From: an uncultured Collinsella sp.
Lineage (GTDB): Bacteria; Actinomycetota; Coriobacteriia; Coriobacteriales; Coriobacteriaceae
Length of the DNA: 64,000 bases
NCBI GenBank assembly: GCA_900547235.1
Contig: URFP01000001.1
Location: forward strand, 53,359 to 117,358
Direction: 5' to 3'
Part shown: positions 23,797 to 33,250 of the stretch, in pieces
Layout: every line of letters starts with the position of its first letter
Numbering within the stretch: the first letter of the stretch is position 1
Notes under the pieces: model-generated
What the model was told of the DNA's origin: nothing
Database searches by the model: none
Seen by the model: the letters and a program-made list of their open reading frames with translations, nothing else
Position numbers and translations under genes: made by a program

Positions 23797-24840
23797 TTAA
23801 GCATTGGTCTGGACGAAGCCGCCATCAAACGCATTGGCCTCGAGCACGCGGGCACAGCCGTTAACAACGTTATCGAGAGCCGTGGGGCTGACGTTGACCG
23901 AAACGCCGGTCTCATCGCGCAGGCGCACGTCGAGACCGCGCAGCAGCGCGCCGCCACCGGTCAGCAAAATGCCGTAGTACATAAGGTCCGAGGCAAGATC
24001 GGGAGGCGTAGCATCGAGTGCGTCCTTGACGGCCTTGGCCATCTCGTCGAGCGGCTTGTTGAGCGCGCGACGAATCTCCTCGCTCTCGATGCGCACGGTC
24101 TTGGGCAGACCGGTGATCACGTCGCGGCCGTTGACCTCGACGTCGAGCTCGTCCTTGAGCGGCACGGCGGAACCGACCTTGATCTTAATGTCCTCTGCCG
24201 TACGCTCGCCGATGGCCAGGTTGTAGGCATCGCGAACGTGCGTGAGGATGGCCTGATCGAACTCGTCACCGGCAATACGAATGGACTGCGAAACGACGAT
24301 GCCGCCCATAGCGATAACGGCAACCTCGGTGGTACCGCCACCGATGTCGATGACCATGGAGCCGGTGGGCTCCTCGACGGGTAGGTCGGCGCCGATGGCA
24401 GCCGCCATGGGCTCCTCGATCAGATAGGCCTGGCGAGCGCCGGCCTGGATCGTGGCCTCAAAGACGGCACGCTTCTCGACCGACGTGACGCCGGAGGGAA
24501 CGCAGACGACGACGCGTGGACGCGGAGTCCACGGATAGCGCTTCTCGGAAGCCTTGTCGATAAAGTAGCGAAGCATGGCCTCGGTGACATCGAAGTCGGC
24601 GATGACGCCGTCCTTAAGGGGACGAACGGCCACGATGTTGCCGGGCGTACGGCCGAGCATACGCTTGGCCTCGATGCCGACTGCCAGGATGCGCTCGTCG
24701 TTCTTGTCGATAGCGACAACGGAGGGCTCGCGGATGACGATGCCCTTGCCGCGCACGGAGACGAGCGTATTGGCGGTGCCGAGGTCGATGGCGAGATCGC
24801 CCGCATAGCTACCGAAGAACATATCCATCAAAGAAAACAA
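23797..24840 (-). CDS. mreB: Actin-like protein MreB
   Basis: IDLGTANT, EPSVVA, PLKDGVIADF, DIGGGTT, LTGGGALL; exact start uncertain. Confidence 0.96.
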   Translation of the reverse strand: MFSLMDMFFGSYAGDLAIDLGTANTLVSVRGKGIVIREPSVVAIDKNDERILAVGIEAKRMLGRTPGNIVAVRPLKDGVIADFDVTEAMLRYFIDKASEKRYPWTPRPRVVVCVPSGVTSVEKRAVFEATIQAGARQAYLIEEPMAAAIGADLPVEEPTGSMVIDIGGGTTEVAVIAMGGIVVSQSIRIAGDEFDQAILTHVRDAYNLAIGERTAEDIKIKVGSAVPLKDELDVEVNGRDVITGLPKTVRIESEEIRRALNKPLDEMAKAVKDALDATPPDLASDLMYYGILLTGGGALLRGLDVRLRDETGVSVNVSPTALDNVVNGCARVLEANAFDGGFVQTNA

Positions 24841-24955
24841 CGCAACTCCTGATGTGTTGGATGATTGCTGGAAAACTACTAGCCCATCATACTAGCGCAA
24901 GCCCGGCACCTCACTTGCGGTGAAGCGCCGGGCAGAGCCAAATCTCATAAGGTCA

Positions 24956-26251
24956 CTACTGGTTGTCAGCGGCCGAGAAATCGATGTCGAGCGAGGAGAC
25001 GGCCCAACCGATATGGTTGTCGGAGCGCACGAATTTAACGGTGTACTCCTGCTCGCCGCCCTTGGACAGCGAAGCCTTCACCTTGGCGGTGGTCTCGGTC
25101 ATGGACTGATCCATACCCTCGATGGAGACGGTGGCGCCCTGCGGGATCGAGGAGATGATCATCGCCTTGGCGTCCTCGGACAGGCTCGAGGCCAGGCAGG
25201 ACTCGGCCTTGGCGGTATCGCCGTCACCGGCAGCCTGGAACAGGTCGGTGATGACGGACTCCTGCGAGGGATAGCCCATGCCGCGCGTATAAGCATAGCC
25301 AAGACCGCCGGCAGCAATCACGATGAGCAGAAGCAGCGCCAGGAAGATCTTAAGACCCGTGTGGCGGTGGCGACGACGAACCTTGGCCTGCTTGCGGTCC
25401 TGCTGGACCATCTCGGACTCGGACAGCGTAAAGAAGCCGGTATCAGAGGGGTCGGGCATAAACTGACCGGTCGTGCCCGTGGGATCGAGCGGGTCGACAG
25501 CGGGAGCGTCCATCGCGGGAGCCGGGGCCGTGGACATGGCCGTCTGGGCCGAAAGCGCGGCGAGCGAGTCGTGCACGCGGGCAAGCTCGTCGGCCTGCTC
25601 GGGCGTGAGCTGGTAGATGCCGTCTGCGGTAGCGGCGTTAAAGGCATCGAGCGCATCGGAGGGACGGCCGGCGGCGGAAAGCGCTTGACCCATGCCGGCG
25701 TTGAGGGCGCGTGTATCGTCGCGCGGGCCGGCAAAGTCGATAGCCGTGCGGTAGGTCTCTACGGCGTCCGCGGGGCGGCCGAGCTTGATGAAGCAGCGGC
25801 CCAGATCGCCGAGAGCAGCGGCAGGAGCCGGGTTGGCGCCGTCGATGGCAGCCTGACGGAAGGCAGTACCGGCGTTGGCATAGTCGCCCGACTGGAACAG
25901 CGCGTTGCCCAGACCCAGGTAGGCCTTAAAAGGCGTGGCGTAGGAAGCGTCCTGGGTAGCTGCAGAGAACGCCTGGGCAGCCGTGGTGTAGTCGCCCACC
26001 GCGGCGAGTGCCTTGCCGCGGTTGGTGAGCAGGGCGCCGCGCTTGCCATAGGCGCCGTCGTTGAGGGCGGCGGCGTAGGCCTCGGCGGCCTCGGCGTACA
26101 TGCCCAGATGCATCAGGGCGTTGCCGCGCAGGTGGTCGGCCTCACCCATGATCTCGTTGGGAGTCTTTGCCGCGCCAAGCATCTGGGCGGCAGCGGAAAA
26201 ATCACCCGCGCGATAAGCGGCGCGGCCCTGTTGGATCAGCTGGCTATTCAA
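24956..26251 (-). CDS. Tetratricopeptide-repeat membrane protein
   Basis: Tandem TPR-like Ala-rich helices, basic stretch RRRHRH then one TM, C-terminal outside domain. Confidence 0.75.
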   Translation of the reverse strand: MNSQLIQQGRAAYRAGDFSAAAQMLGAAKTPNEIMGEADHLRGNALMHLGMYAEAAEAYAAALNDGAYGKRGALLTNRGKALAAVGDYTTAAQAFSAATQDASYATPFKAYLGLGNALFQSGDYANAGTAFRQAAIDGANPAPAAALGDLGRCFIKLGRPADAVETYRTAIDFAGPRDDTRALNAGMGQALSAAGRPSDALDAFNAATADGIYQLTPEQADELARVHDSLAALSAQTAMSTAPAPAMDAPAVDPLDPTGTTGQFMPDPSDTGFFTLSESEMVQQDRKQAKVRRRHRHTGLKIFLALLLLIVIAAGGLGYAYTRGMGYPSQESVITDLFQAAGDGDTAKAESCLASSLSEDAKAMIISSIPQGATVSIEGMDQSMTETTAKVKASLSKGGEQEYTVKFVRSDNHIGWAVSSLDIDFSAADNQ

Positions 26252-26262
26252 GGAAGTCCCCT

Positions 26263-26805
26263 TTACTCGTGAACGATCTCGACATGAACGATCTCGTCGC
26301 CGGCGCGCAGCTGCGAGATGACGTCGAGGCCCTCGACCGTGGTGCCAAAGACGGTGTAGCCGGAGTCGAGGTTGTGCTGGGCACCCAGGCAGAAGTAGAA
26401 CTGCGAGCCCGCGGAATCAGGATCCATGGAGCGGGCCATGGCAAGAGCGCCATCAACATGGCTGTTGCGCGGATTGGTGGCAAACTCGCCCTTGATGCAG
26501 TAGCCAGGGCCGCCGGTACCGGGCATGCCGTCGGGACCCTCAAGGCCGGTAGCGACGTCGGCGCCGGACATATCGCGGGTATTGGGGTCGCCGCCCTGGA
26601 TTACAAAGCCGGGCACATAGCGATGGAACTTAAGGCCGTCATAGAAGCCCATCGTGGAAAGCTCGCAGAAGTTCGCCACATGGATGGGGGCGCCCTCACC
26701 GTCAAACTTGACCTTGATGGTACCCTTCGACGTCTCGATCACCGCGTACTCGTCACCGACGAGCTGGTACTCGGGCGTATAGAGCTCTTTCTTAAAACCA
26801 AACAT
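26263..26805 (-). CDS. Cyclophilin-type peptidyl-prolyl isomerase
   Basis: FYDGLKFHR, FVIQGGDP, AMAR, SAGSQFYF, YTVFG; start at ATG 26805. Confidence 0.93.
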   Translation of the reverse strand: MFGFKKELYTPEYQLVGDEYAVIETSKGTIKVKFDGEGAPIHVANFCELSTMGFYDGLKFHRYVPGFVIQGGDPNTRDMSGADVATGLEGPDGMPGTGGPGYCIKGEFATNPRNSHVDGALAMARSMDPDSAGSQFYFCLGAQHNLDSGYTVFGTTVEGLDVISQLRAGDEIVHVEIVHE

Positions 26806-26910
26806 GTGGTTCCTTCCTCGTGCGTTTAAAGCATATTTGTACGAATTGTAGCAATAAGCACGGGCTTCCATCAATTGCGCACGCAGGTTATGCCGCCGGA
26901 GGGCAACAAA

Positions 26911-28065
26911 TTACGAACGCTGCTGCGGCCTCCATGCGCTCACGTTGGCGTCGTACTGGTTAAGCGCGCTGTTGCCGCCTTGTGCGATGGGCGCCAGGAT
27001 CTCGCTCTGACGGGCGCTCAGCGACTCACCATCGGGAATGGACAGCGAGATATCCCAGCTCTGGCAGATCACGTCGACACGCTCGTACATCCACTGCGCA
27101 AGCTGCTTTAGATGATCGATGTCCTCCGCATAGACCGTGTCGTCCTGAACCTTGAGGTTGTTGAGCTCATCCTGGGTCTTTTTAATCTGGTCGCGCAGGG
27201 CATAGGCGCTCTGTGACAGCTCCTGGCGGGTGGAAAGCGGTGTACGCAGATAGCCGTTATTAAACGAATCGATGACCTCGCCGATCTGATCCTCGTCGCT
27301 GTACGACACGATGGTCTGGTACAGGCCATCAAGCCTGGTGTAGAGCTGGTCGTCGGTTAAGACGGTCTCCTCCTGAACGACCTCGGACGTATCCTCTTGC
27401 TTGGGCTCTTTATCGGTGGCCTCGCCCTTTTGGCGCGACGGGAAGGTGGTCTTGGCGGCCTGGCCAAACTGGTCGTAAAAGCCGGGCATGACGCCCATGG
27501 GATCGGCGGTCACAAACCAATACGCACCACCGCACACGGCGGCGAGCACCGCGATGACGATGAGCGGTTTGGGGATATGGCGCTTGTGCTTGTGATAGGC
27601 GTCCTCGTCGGGGTGGACCTTGCGCTTGGGCTTTTGCTTTTTGGGCTGGGCATCATCGCGCAGGGACACCGGCGTGGGGATATCGACCTTTGGGATACCA
27701 AAGTCCTTATCGAAGGCAGGCAGCACGCAGGTCTCGTTGGGGTCGGCTGCGTCGGAGAGCACCGCGGCGGCAGATGCCGGCGCGTGGGGCACCTCGGTAT
27801 CGATCTGCTCCTGCGTCAGGCGCGGAAAGCCGGCCGTGCGCCCTGCGGCCAGGTCGGATGCGGCCGCGTCCTCGGAAAGGATGCCTGGCGCGGGGCGTCC
27901 ACACTTGGGACAGGTACGGTCATGCGGGGACAGACGGGCGCCGCAACCGTCGCAGAACACGAACTCGGTATGCTCGGGGCCATCGCCCGGACCAACGTAT
28001 GCGTTGCAATAGGGGCAGAACGAGGCGCCGTCCTCGATGGTCTTTAGGCAATGCGGGCAGATCAC
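26911..28065 (-). CDS. Double zinc-ribbon membrane protein
   Basis: CPHC..CPYC..CDGC..CPKC, acidic linker, single TM, helical C-terminus; GTG start with AGAGG RBS. Confidence 0.75.
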   Translation of the reverse strand: MICPHCLKTIEDGASFCPYCNAYVGPGDGPEHTEFVFCDGCGARLSPHDRTCPKCGRPAPGILSEDAAASDLAAGRTAGFPRLTQEQIDTEVPHAPASAAAVLSDAADPNETCVLPAFDKDFGIPKVDIPTPVSLRDDAQPKKQKPKRKVHPDEDAYHKHKRHIPKPLIVIAVLAAVCGGAYWFVTADPMGVMPGFYDQFGQAAKTTFPSRQKGEATDKEPKQEDTSEVVQEETVLTDDQLYTRLDGLYQTIVSYSDEDQIGEVIDSFNNGYLRTPLSTRQELSQSAYALRDQIKKTQDELNNLKVQDDTVYAEDIDHLKQLAQWMYERVDVICQSWDISLSIPDGESLSARQSEILAPIAQGGNSALNQYDANVSAWRPQQRS

Positions 28066-28171
28066 GGCATCCTCTTTCCGAAGCAATTCAAACAATTGAG
28101 GTTAGAGCATAACATCGACACGCCCCCACAAGCGCAAGGCACCAATTCAACATCGCCGGGCAGTCTTTTGG

Positions 28172-28195
28172 GGGATGATTTTTCTGGGACGGGGA
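28172..28195. repeat. 24-bp dispersed intergenic repeat, copy 2 (REP-like)
   Basis: GGGATGATTTTTCTGGGACGGGGA, the reverse complement of 3111-3134. Confidence 0.75.
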
Positions 28196-30931
28196 CTACT
28201 TCTTTTTCTTGGGCATCGAGACCTTGATGCCTTGGGCAGACTTGGTCACCCGCGATCGCTTGGTGCCCGTGCCCTTCTTTTTCTTGGGCTGGGTCTGGGC
28301 CACAACCTCGAGTGCACGGGCCTCGGCCTCGCGGACAGTGCGCGCCTCACGGCGCTGCGCCATATCGGCGGCAACGCGCTTGGCAAAACGCTCGGCGGTC
28401 GATCCCGTCGAGCTCACCTTGCCGCCACCGCGACCCAAGCGAACGCGCACGCCACGGCCAAAGCCGGTAGCCGCATGACGGCGACGGGGCTTAAGAGAGT
28501 CCATCATCGTTGCAAGCTTAAAGAACACCGCGCAGGTAAAGACGACGATAACCGCCAAGATGACAATCTGACCCATCGACAGGTTGGCGATCGACAGCAG
28601 CTCCGGGAACCCGATAACGCCCGTCAAAATACAAGCGATGACAAACACGAAAAGCACCACGCGCAAGGGCGTGAGCGGCTGCGAGATGCGCCAGATCAGG
28701 CTGACACTCGCCGCGCACGACGTGAGCAGGCACATGGTCGAAAGCGTGAGCTGGTTAAAGCCAAACACGCGTGCCACAAAGATATCGAGCGCCGCGGCCA
28801 AAATGACCGCAATCGACGCCGGCAGCGCACGCTTAAGCACGTTGGTCAAGAACGACCCCTTCACGCGGGCGTTGTTAGGCTCCAGGCCCAGCACAAAGCC
28901 CGGCGCGCCGATGCAGAAGAAGTTAATGAGCGTCATCTGAATGGGCTCGAAGGGATACGGCGGCAGGGCGATGCACAGCGCCGCCAGGCCCATCGAGAAC
29001 AGCGTCTTAGTCAGAAAGAGCGCGGCAGAGCGCTGCAGATTATTGATAGAGCGACGGCCCTCGGCAACCACAGCGGGCATCGAGGCAAAGTCGTTATCGA
29101 CGAGCACGATCTCGGCCACATTGCGCGCGGCATCGGAGCCGGCGGCCATCGCCACGGAGCAGTCGGCCTCCTTGAGCGCCAGCACGTCGTTGACGCCGTC
29201 GCCCGTCATGGCCACGGTGTGTCCGCGGCGTTTGAACGCCTGCACGAGCTCGCGCTTCTGCTGCGGCGTCACGCGGCCAAAGACGTGGTAGCGATCCACC
29301 GCCGCATCGAGCTTGGCAGGCGTATCGAGCGTCGTGGCGTCCACGTAGGCGTCGGCACCCGGCACGCCCACCACGCGCGCGATCGACGACACCGTACGCG
29401 GGTCGTCGCCGCTGATCACGTTGAGGGTCACGCCCTGCTCGTTAAAGTAGCCGATAGTCTCGGCTGCCGAAGTGCGAATCTCATCGCGGATGGTCACAAA
29501 GCCCACGGGCTCGGCCTCGCCCACCATATCGCCATCGGGCGTAAAGCCGTCAACGCGCGCCACCACGAGCACACGGCAGGTATCGGCGAGCTCGGCCACA
29601 CGATTCTCGACCTGCGCAAATGCGCGAACGGAGAGCACAAACTGCGCGGCGCCCATCACATAGGAGCCCTGCGCAAACGACGCGCCACTCCACTTTTTGG
29701 ACGACGAGAACGGAATAACCGACAGCGGCTCGGACACCTCGACCGGACGATCGGCGTAGTAGTTGAGCAGCGCCTGGCAGGTCTCGTTGGCATCTGCCGA
29801 GGTCGCACGCGCCACGTTGGCGAGCGCAAAGTCGAGCACCGTGGTCTCGACGGGGACAGCCGCCTCGTCCGAGTCCGCGCCAAAGCCAACACCCTCAACA
29901 GGCAGCGGGTAGGTACCCTCGACCTCCATACGGCCCGAGGTAATGGTGCCCGTCTTGTCCAGGCACAGCACGTCGACGCGCGCGAGCGTCTCGATGCAGT
30001 AGAGCTGCTGTGCCAGCACCTTGCGACGTGCCAGACGCACCGTGGCAATCGCGAGCAACGACGAGGTCAGCAGTACCAGGCCCTGCGGAATCATGCCCAG
30101 CAGGGCACCCACCGTGGACAGCAGCGCCGAAGAAGGCACACGACCGGCCAGCAGCTCGGAGAAGCACCAGGAAAGCGCGCTATCGCCCGGGGTTCCCGCG
30201 GCATCCCACAGCTCGCTCACACTCGAGGAAAAGAGCGCCAGACCAAGCGGAATCATGATAATGCTCGCGAACCGCACGATGGCGTTCAGCGCGTTCATAA
30301 TTTCGGAATTGACTTTTTTGACGTACTTAGCCTCGTTGTTGATCTTTGCCACGTAGTTATCGGCGCCGACATGGATCACACGGGCACGCAGCAGGCCCGA
30401 GTCGATAAAGCTGCCGCTCATGAGCTCGGAGCCCGGCTGTTTCTTAATGAGGTCGCTCTCGCCCGTCAGCAGGCTCTCGTTGACGAGCGCCTCGCCCGAC
30501 ACCACCACGGCGTCGGCGGGAATCTGGTCACCGCGCCCCAAGCGAATGATATCGTCGAGCACGATCTGGTCCAGGTCGAGCTCCACCTCGGCGCCGTCGC
30601 GCACCGCGATGGCCTTCTTAGAGGTGAGCAGCGTAAGCTTGTCGACCATCCGCTTGGAACGCATGGACTGAATCACACCGATCGCCGTGTTCAAGAACAC
30701 CACGAACAGGAACGTCAGGTTCTTAAACGAACCGGTCAGCAACACCAAAATCGCCAAGACCACGTTGATTAAGTTGAACAGCGTGCAGAGGTTCTCGATG
30801 ATGAGCTCTTTAACCGACTTGGTCTTGAGCTCCATGTTGCGGTTGATCCTACCAGCGGCGATGCGCTCCTCGACCTCGGCGGTCGAGAGTCCGCGCTCGA
30901 TATCCGTTGCTGCCATACCACGTCCCATCAC
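28196..30931 (-). CDS. HAD-IC P-type cation-transporting ATPase (CtpE-like)
   Basis: LTGES, IPQGL, DKTGT, SGD, GDGVND motifs; basic C-terminal tail. Confidence 0.9.
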   Translation of the reverse strand: MMGRGMAATDIERGLSTAEVEERIAAGRINRNMELKTKSVKELIIENLCTLFNLINVVLAILVLLTGSFKNLTFLFVVFLNTAIGVIQSMRSKRMVDKLTLLTSKKAIAVRDGAEVELDLDQIVLDDIIRLGRGDQIPADAVVVSGEALVNESLLTGESDLIKKQPGSELMSGSFIDSGLLRARVIHVGADNYVAKINNEAKYVKKVNSEIMNALNAIVRFASIIMIPLGLALFSSSVSELWDAAGTPGDSALSWCFSELLAGRVPSSALLSTVGALLGMIPQGLVLLTSSLLAIATVRLARRKVLAQQLYCIETLARVDVLCLDKTGTITSGRMEVEGTYPLPVEGVGFGADSDEAAVPVETTVLDFALANVARATSADANETCQALLNYYADRPVEVSEPLSVIPFSSSKKWSGASFAQGSYVMGAAQFVLSVRAFAQVENRVAELADTCRVLVVARVDGFTPDGDMVGEAEPVGFVTIRDEIRTSAAETIGYFNEQGVTLNVISGDDPRTVSSIARVVGVPGADAYVDATTLDTPAKLDAAVDRYHVFGRVTPQQKRELVQAFKRRGHTVAMTGDGVNDVLALKEADCSVAMAAGSDAARNVAEIVLVDNDFASMPAVVAEGRRSINNLQRSAALFLTKTLFSMGLAALCIALPPYPFEPIQMTLINFFCIGAPGFVLGLEPNNARVKGSFLTNVLKRALPASIAVILAAALDIFVARVFGFNQLTLSTMCLLTSCAASVSLIWRISQPLTPLRVVLFVFVIACILTGVIGFPELLSIANLSMGQIVILAVIVVFTCAVFFKLATMMDSLKPRRRHAATGFGRGVRVRLGRGGGKVSSTGSTAERFAKRVAADMAQRREARTVREAEARALEVVAQTQPKKKKGTGTKRSRVTKSAQGIKVSMPKKKK

Positions 30932-30947
30932 GTCGCGTCGGTATAAG

Positions 30948-30981
30948 AAAAACCGCCCGGACCATGCGAGGTTCGGACGGT
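30948..30981 (-). terminator. Terminator after tRNA-Arg(CCG)
   Basis: Imperfect GC stem followed by a T-run on the minus strand. Confidence 0.6.
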
Positions 30982-30992
30982 CTCACGTTCGA

Positions 30993-31069
30993 TGGTGCCC
31001 CATGTTGGATTCGAACCAACGGCCTTCTGCTCCGGAGGCAGACGCTCTAATCCTCTGAGCTAATAGGGC
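30993..31069 (-). tRNA. tRNA-Arg (anticodon CCG)
   Basis: 77 nt: GCCCTAT acceptor, TAGCTCAG D-arm, TCTGC-CTCCGGA-GCAGA anticodon arm, GGTTCGAATCC T-arm, encoded CCA. Confidence 0.95.
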
Positions 31070-31163
31070 GAACGGTAGGCATTATACCCAAGTGCGCCAC
31101 GGGCTATCAAAATAAAAGAAAAAGCTTTGCAATTCCGAGGAAGACGCGGCGCAACGGCCCACT

Positions 31164-31263
31164 TTAGAAGGCAAAAGCGAATCAGATAGTATAAACTCTC
31201 ATGCACCATATATACACGGCTCGCGATGCGGGCCGTTTTTACAAGGGTTATCCATCGAGGTGA
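31164..31263 (+). promoter_or_regulatory. Candidate aro-operon promoter with leader hairpin and short uORF
   Basis: TTAGAA-17bp-TAGTAT; ORF 31201-31263 (MHHIYTARDAGRFYKGYPSR); 9-bp hairpin 31216-31236 followed by TTTT. Confidence 0.45.
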
Positions 31264-31273
31264 GAGGCACACC

Positions 31274-32296
31274 ATGATTGCAATTTTAAAGCAGAGCGCC
31301 AGCGACGAGGCCGTCAGCCATATCGTCAGCTGGATTGAAAAAAAGGGCCTGAAGACCGACGTCTCGCGCGGCGAGAACGAGACGATCATCGGCCTGGTGG
31401 GCGATACGACCAAGATCGACCCGTTCCTGCTCGAGTCCATGGACGTCGTCGAGCGCGTGCAGCGCGTCTCCGAGCCGTTCAAGCGCGCCAACCGCAAGTT
31501 CCACCCCGAGGACTCCGTCATCGACTGCGGCCACGGCGTCAAGATCGGCGGCGATCAGTTCCAGGTCATCGCCGGCCCGTGCTCCGTCGAGGGCGAGAAC
31601 CTCATCCGCATCGCCCGCCGCGTGAAGGCCGCCGGTGCCACGATGCTGCGCGGCGGTGCCTACAAGCCCCGCACTTCCCCGTACGCCTACCAGGGCATGG
31701 GCCCCGCCGGTCTGGACCTGCTGTGCGAGGCGTCTGCCGAGCTCGACATGCCGATCGTCACCGAGATCATGGACCCGCGCGACGTGCAGGTCTTCCTGGA
31801 CAAGAAGATCGACGTCATGCAGATCGGCGCCCGCAACGCCCAGAACTTCCCTCTGCTCAAAGAGGTCGGCAAGACCAAGACTCCGATCTTGCTTAAGCGC
31901 GGCATGTCCGGCACGATCGATGAGCTGCTCATGGCCGCCGAGTACATCATGAGCGAGGGCAACGACAACGTCATCCTGTGCGAGCGCGGCATCCGCACCT
32001 TCGAGACCCGTACTCGCAACACATTCGACCTCAACGCCGTGCCGGTGCTGCACCACCTGTCGCACCTGCCCGTCGTCGCCGACCCCAGCCACGCCACCGG
32101 CTACACCCGCTACGTTGAGCCCATGGCGCTTGCCGCGACCGCCTGCGGCGCCAACGGCCTGGAGATCGAGGTCCACGACGAGCCGAGCCGCGCCTGGTCC
32201 GACGGCGCCCAGGCCCTCACCCCCGATCAGTTCAACGACACCATGCGCCGCATCCGAGCCATCCGCGAGGTCGTCTGCCAAGAGACCATGGAGTAG
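31274..32296 (+). CDS. aroF: DAHP synthase (type I-beta with N-terminal regulatory domain)
   Basis: IAGPCSVE, LRGGAYKPRTSPY, QIGARN, LCERGIRTFE, ADPSH; start at ATG 31274. Confidence 0.95.
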   Translation: MIAILKQSASDEAVSHIVSWIEKKGLKTDVSRGENETIIGLVGDTTKIDPFLLESMDVVERVQRVSEPFKRANRKFHPEDSVIDCGHGVKIGGDQFQVIAGPCSVEGENLIRIARRVKAAGATMLRGGAYKPRTSPYAYQGMGPAGLDLLCEASAELDMPIVTEIMDPRDVQVFLDKKIDVMQIGARNAQNFPLLKEVGKTKTPILLKRGMSGTIDELLMAAEYIMSEGNDNVILCERGIRTFETRTRNTFDLNAVPVLHHLSHLPVVADPSHATGYTRYVEPMALAATACGANGLEIEVHDEPSRAWSDGAQALTPDQFNDTMRRIRAIREVVCQETME

Positions 32297-32299
32297 CCC

Positions 32300-33214
32300 A
32301 TGGGTACAGTGAGAAACGCGCGCGTCAACCAGGGCGGCCCCAAGTGCGCCGGCATCGTCGGCCTTGGCCTCATCGGCGGCAGCTTTGCCCGCGGCTATGC
32401 GCAGGCGGGCGTCCGCGTGCTGGCCTGGGATCCCGATGACGATGTCATGACGGCTGCCAGCATGGGCACCGTTGCCGGCGAGCTCAACGACAAGACGCTC
32501 GGCGAATGCGACATCATCGTCCTTGCCTGCTATCCCGAGGCATGCATCGAGTGGCTCGAGGCGCACGCCCAGGCGCTCGCCGACGCCACCGACACCGAGG
32601 CCATCATGGGCCCCGTGGTGATCGACACGGTGGGCGTCAAGGGCATCGTGTGCGAGCGCGCCTTTGAGCTTGCCCGCGAGCACGGCTTTTACTTTGTGGG
32701 CGCGCACCCCATGGCGGGCACGCAGTACTCGGGCTATGCGCACTCCCGCGCCGACCTGTTCCAGGGCGCCCCGCTCGTGCTCGTACCGCCCGCGGTGGAC
32801 GATGCGCTCAAACTGGAGCTTTTGGGCCAGGTGCGCGAGATGGTACGCCCCTTGGGCTTTGGCAAGTTCAGCGTGACCAGCGCCGCCGAGCACGACCGCG
32901 TCATCGCCTTTACGAGCCAGCTCGCGCACGTCGTCTCCAACGCCTATGTTAAGAGCCCGACCGCTCAGGTCCACCACGGCTTTTCGGCCGGCAGCTACCG
33001 CGACCTCACCCGCGTGGCGCACCTCAATCCGCAGATGTGGTCCGAGCTCATGATCGACGACGCCAATGCGCTCGCCTTCGAGATCGACCATCTGATCGAA
33101 TCGCTCGGCGCCTACAGCCGCGCCCTTAAAGACCGCGACCAGCGCTATCTGGAGAATCTCCTTGCCGAGGGCGACCGAATTAAGCGCGCACTCGACGACG
33201 AGGCCTCCCACTAG
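32300..33214 (+). CDS. tyrA: Prephenate dehydrogenase
   Basis: GLGLIGGS, HPMAG, HDRVIAFTSQLAH, RDLTRVA. Confidence 0.92.
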   Translation: MGTVRNARVNQGGPKCAGIVGLGLIGGSFARGYAQAGVRVLAWDPDDDVMTAASMGTVAGELNDKTLGECDIIVLACYPEACIEWLEAHAQALADATDTEAIMGPVVIDTVGVKGIVCERAFELAREHGFYFVGAHPMAGTQYSGYAHSRADLFQGAPLVLVPPAVDDALKLELLGQVREMVRPLGFGKFSVTSAAEHDRVIAFTSQLAHVVSNAYVKSPTAQVHHGFSAGSYRDLTRVAHLNPQMWSELMIDDANALAFEIDHLIESLGAYSRALKDRDQRYLENLLAEGDRIKRALDDEASH

Positions 33215-33250
33215 ACCACCTATCACGCCAGGTCGAAAGGACCGAAGCTT

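Noticed and set aside
18880..24840. MreB elongasome in an apparent actinobacterium as a novelty
   Set aside because: mre clusters are already known in several actinobacterial lineages; the genes look ordinary.
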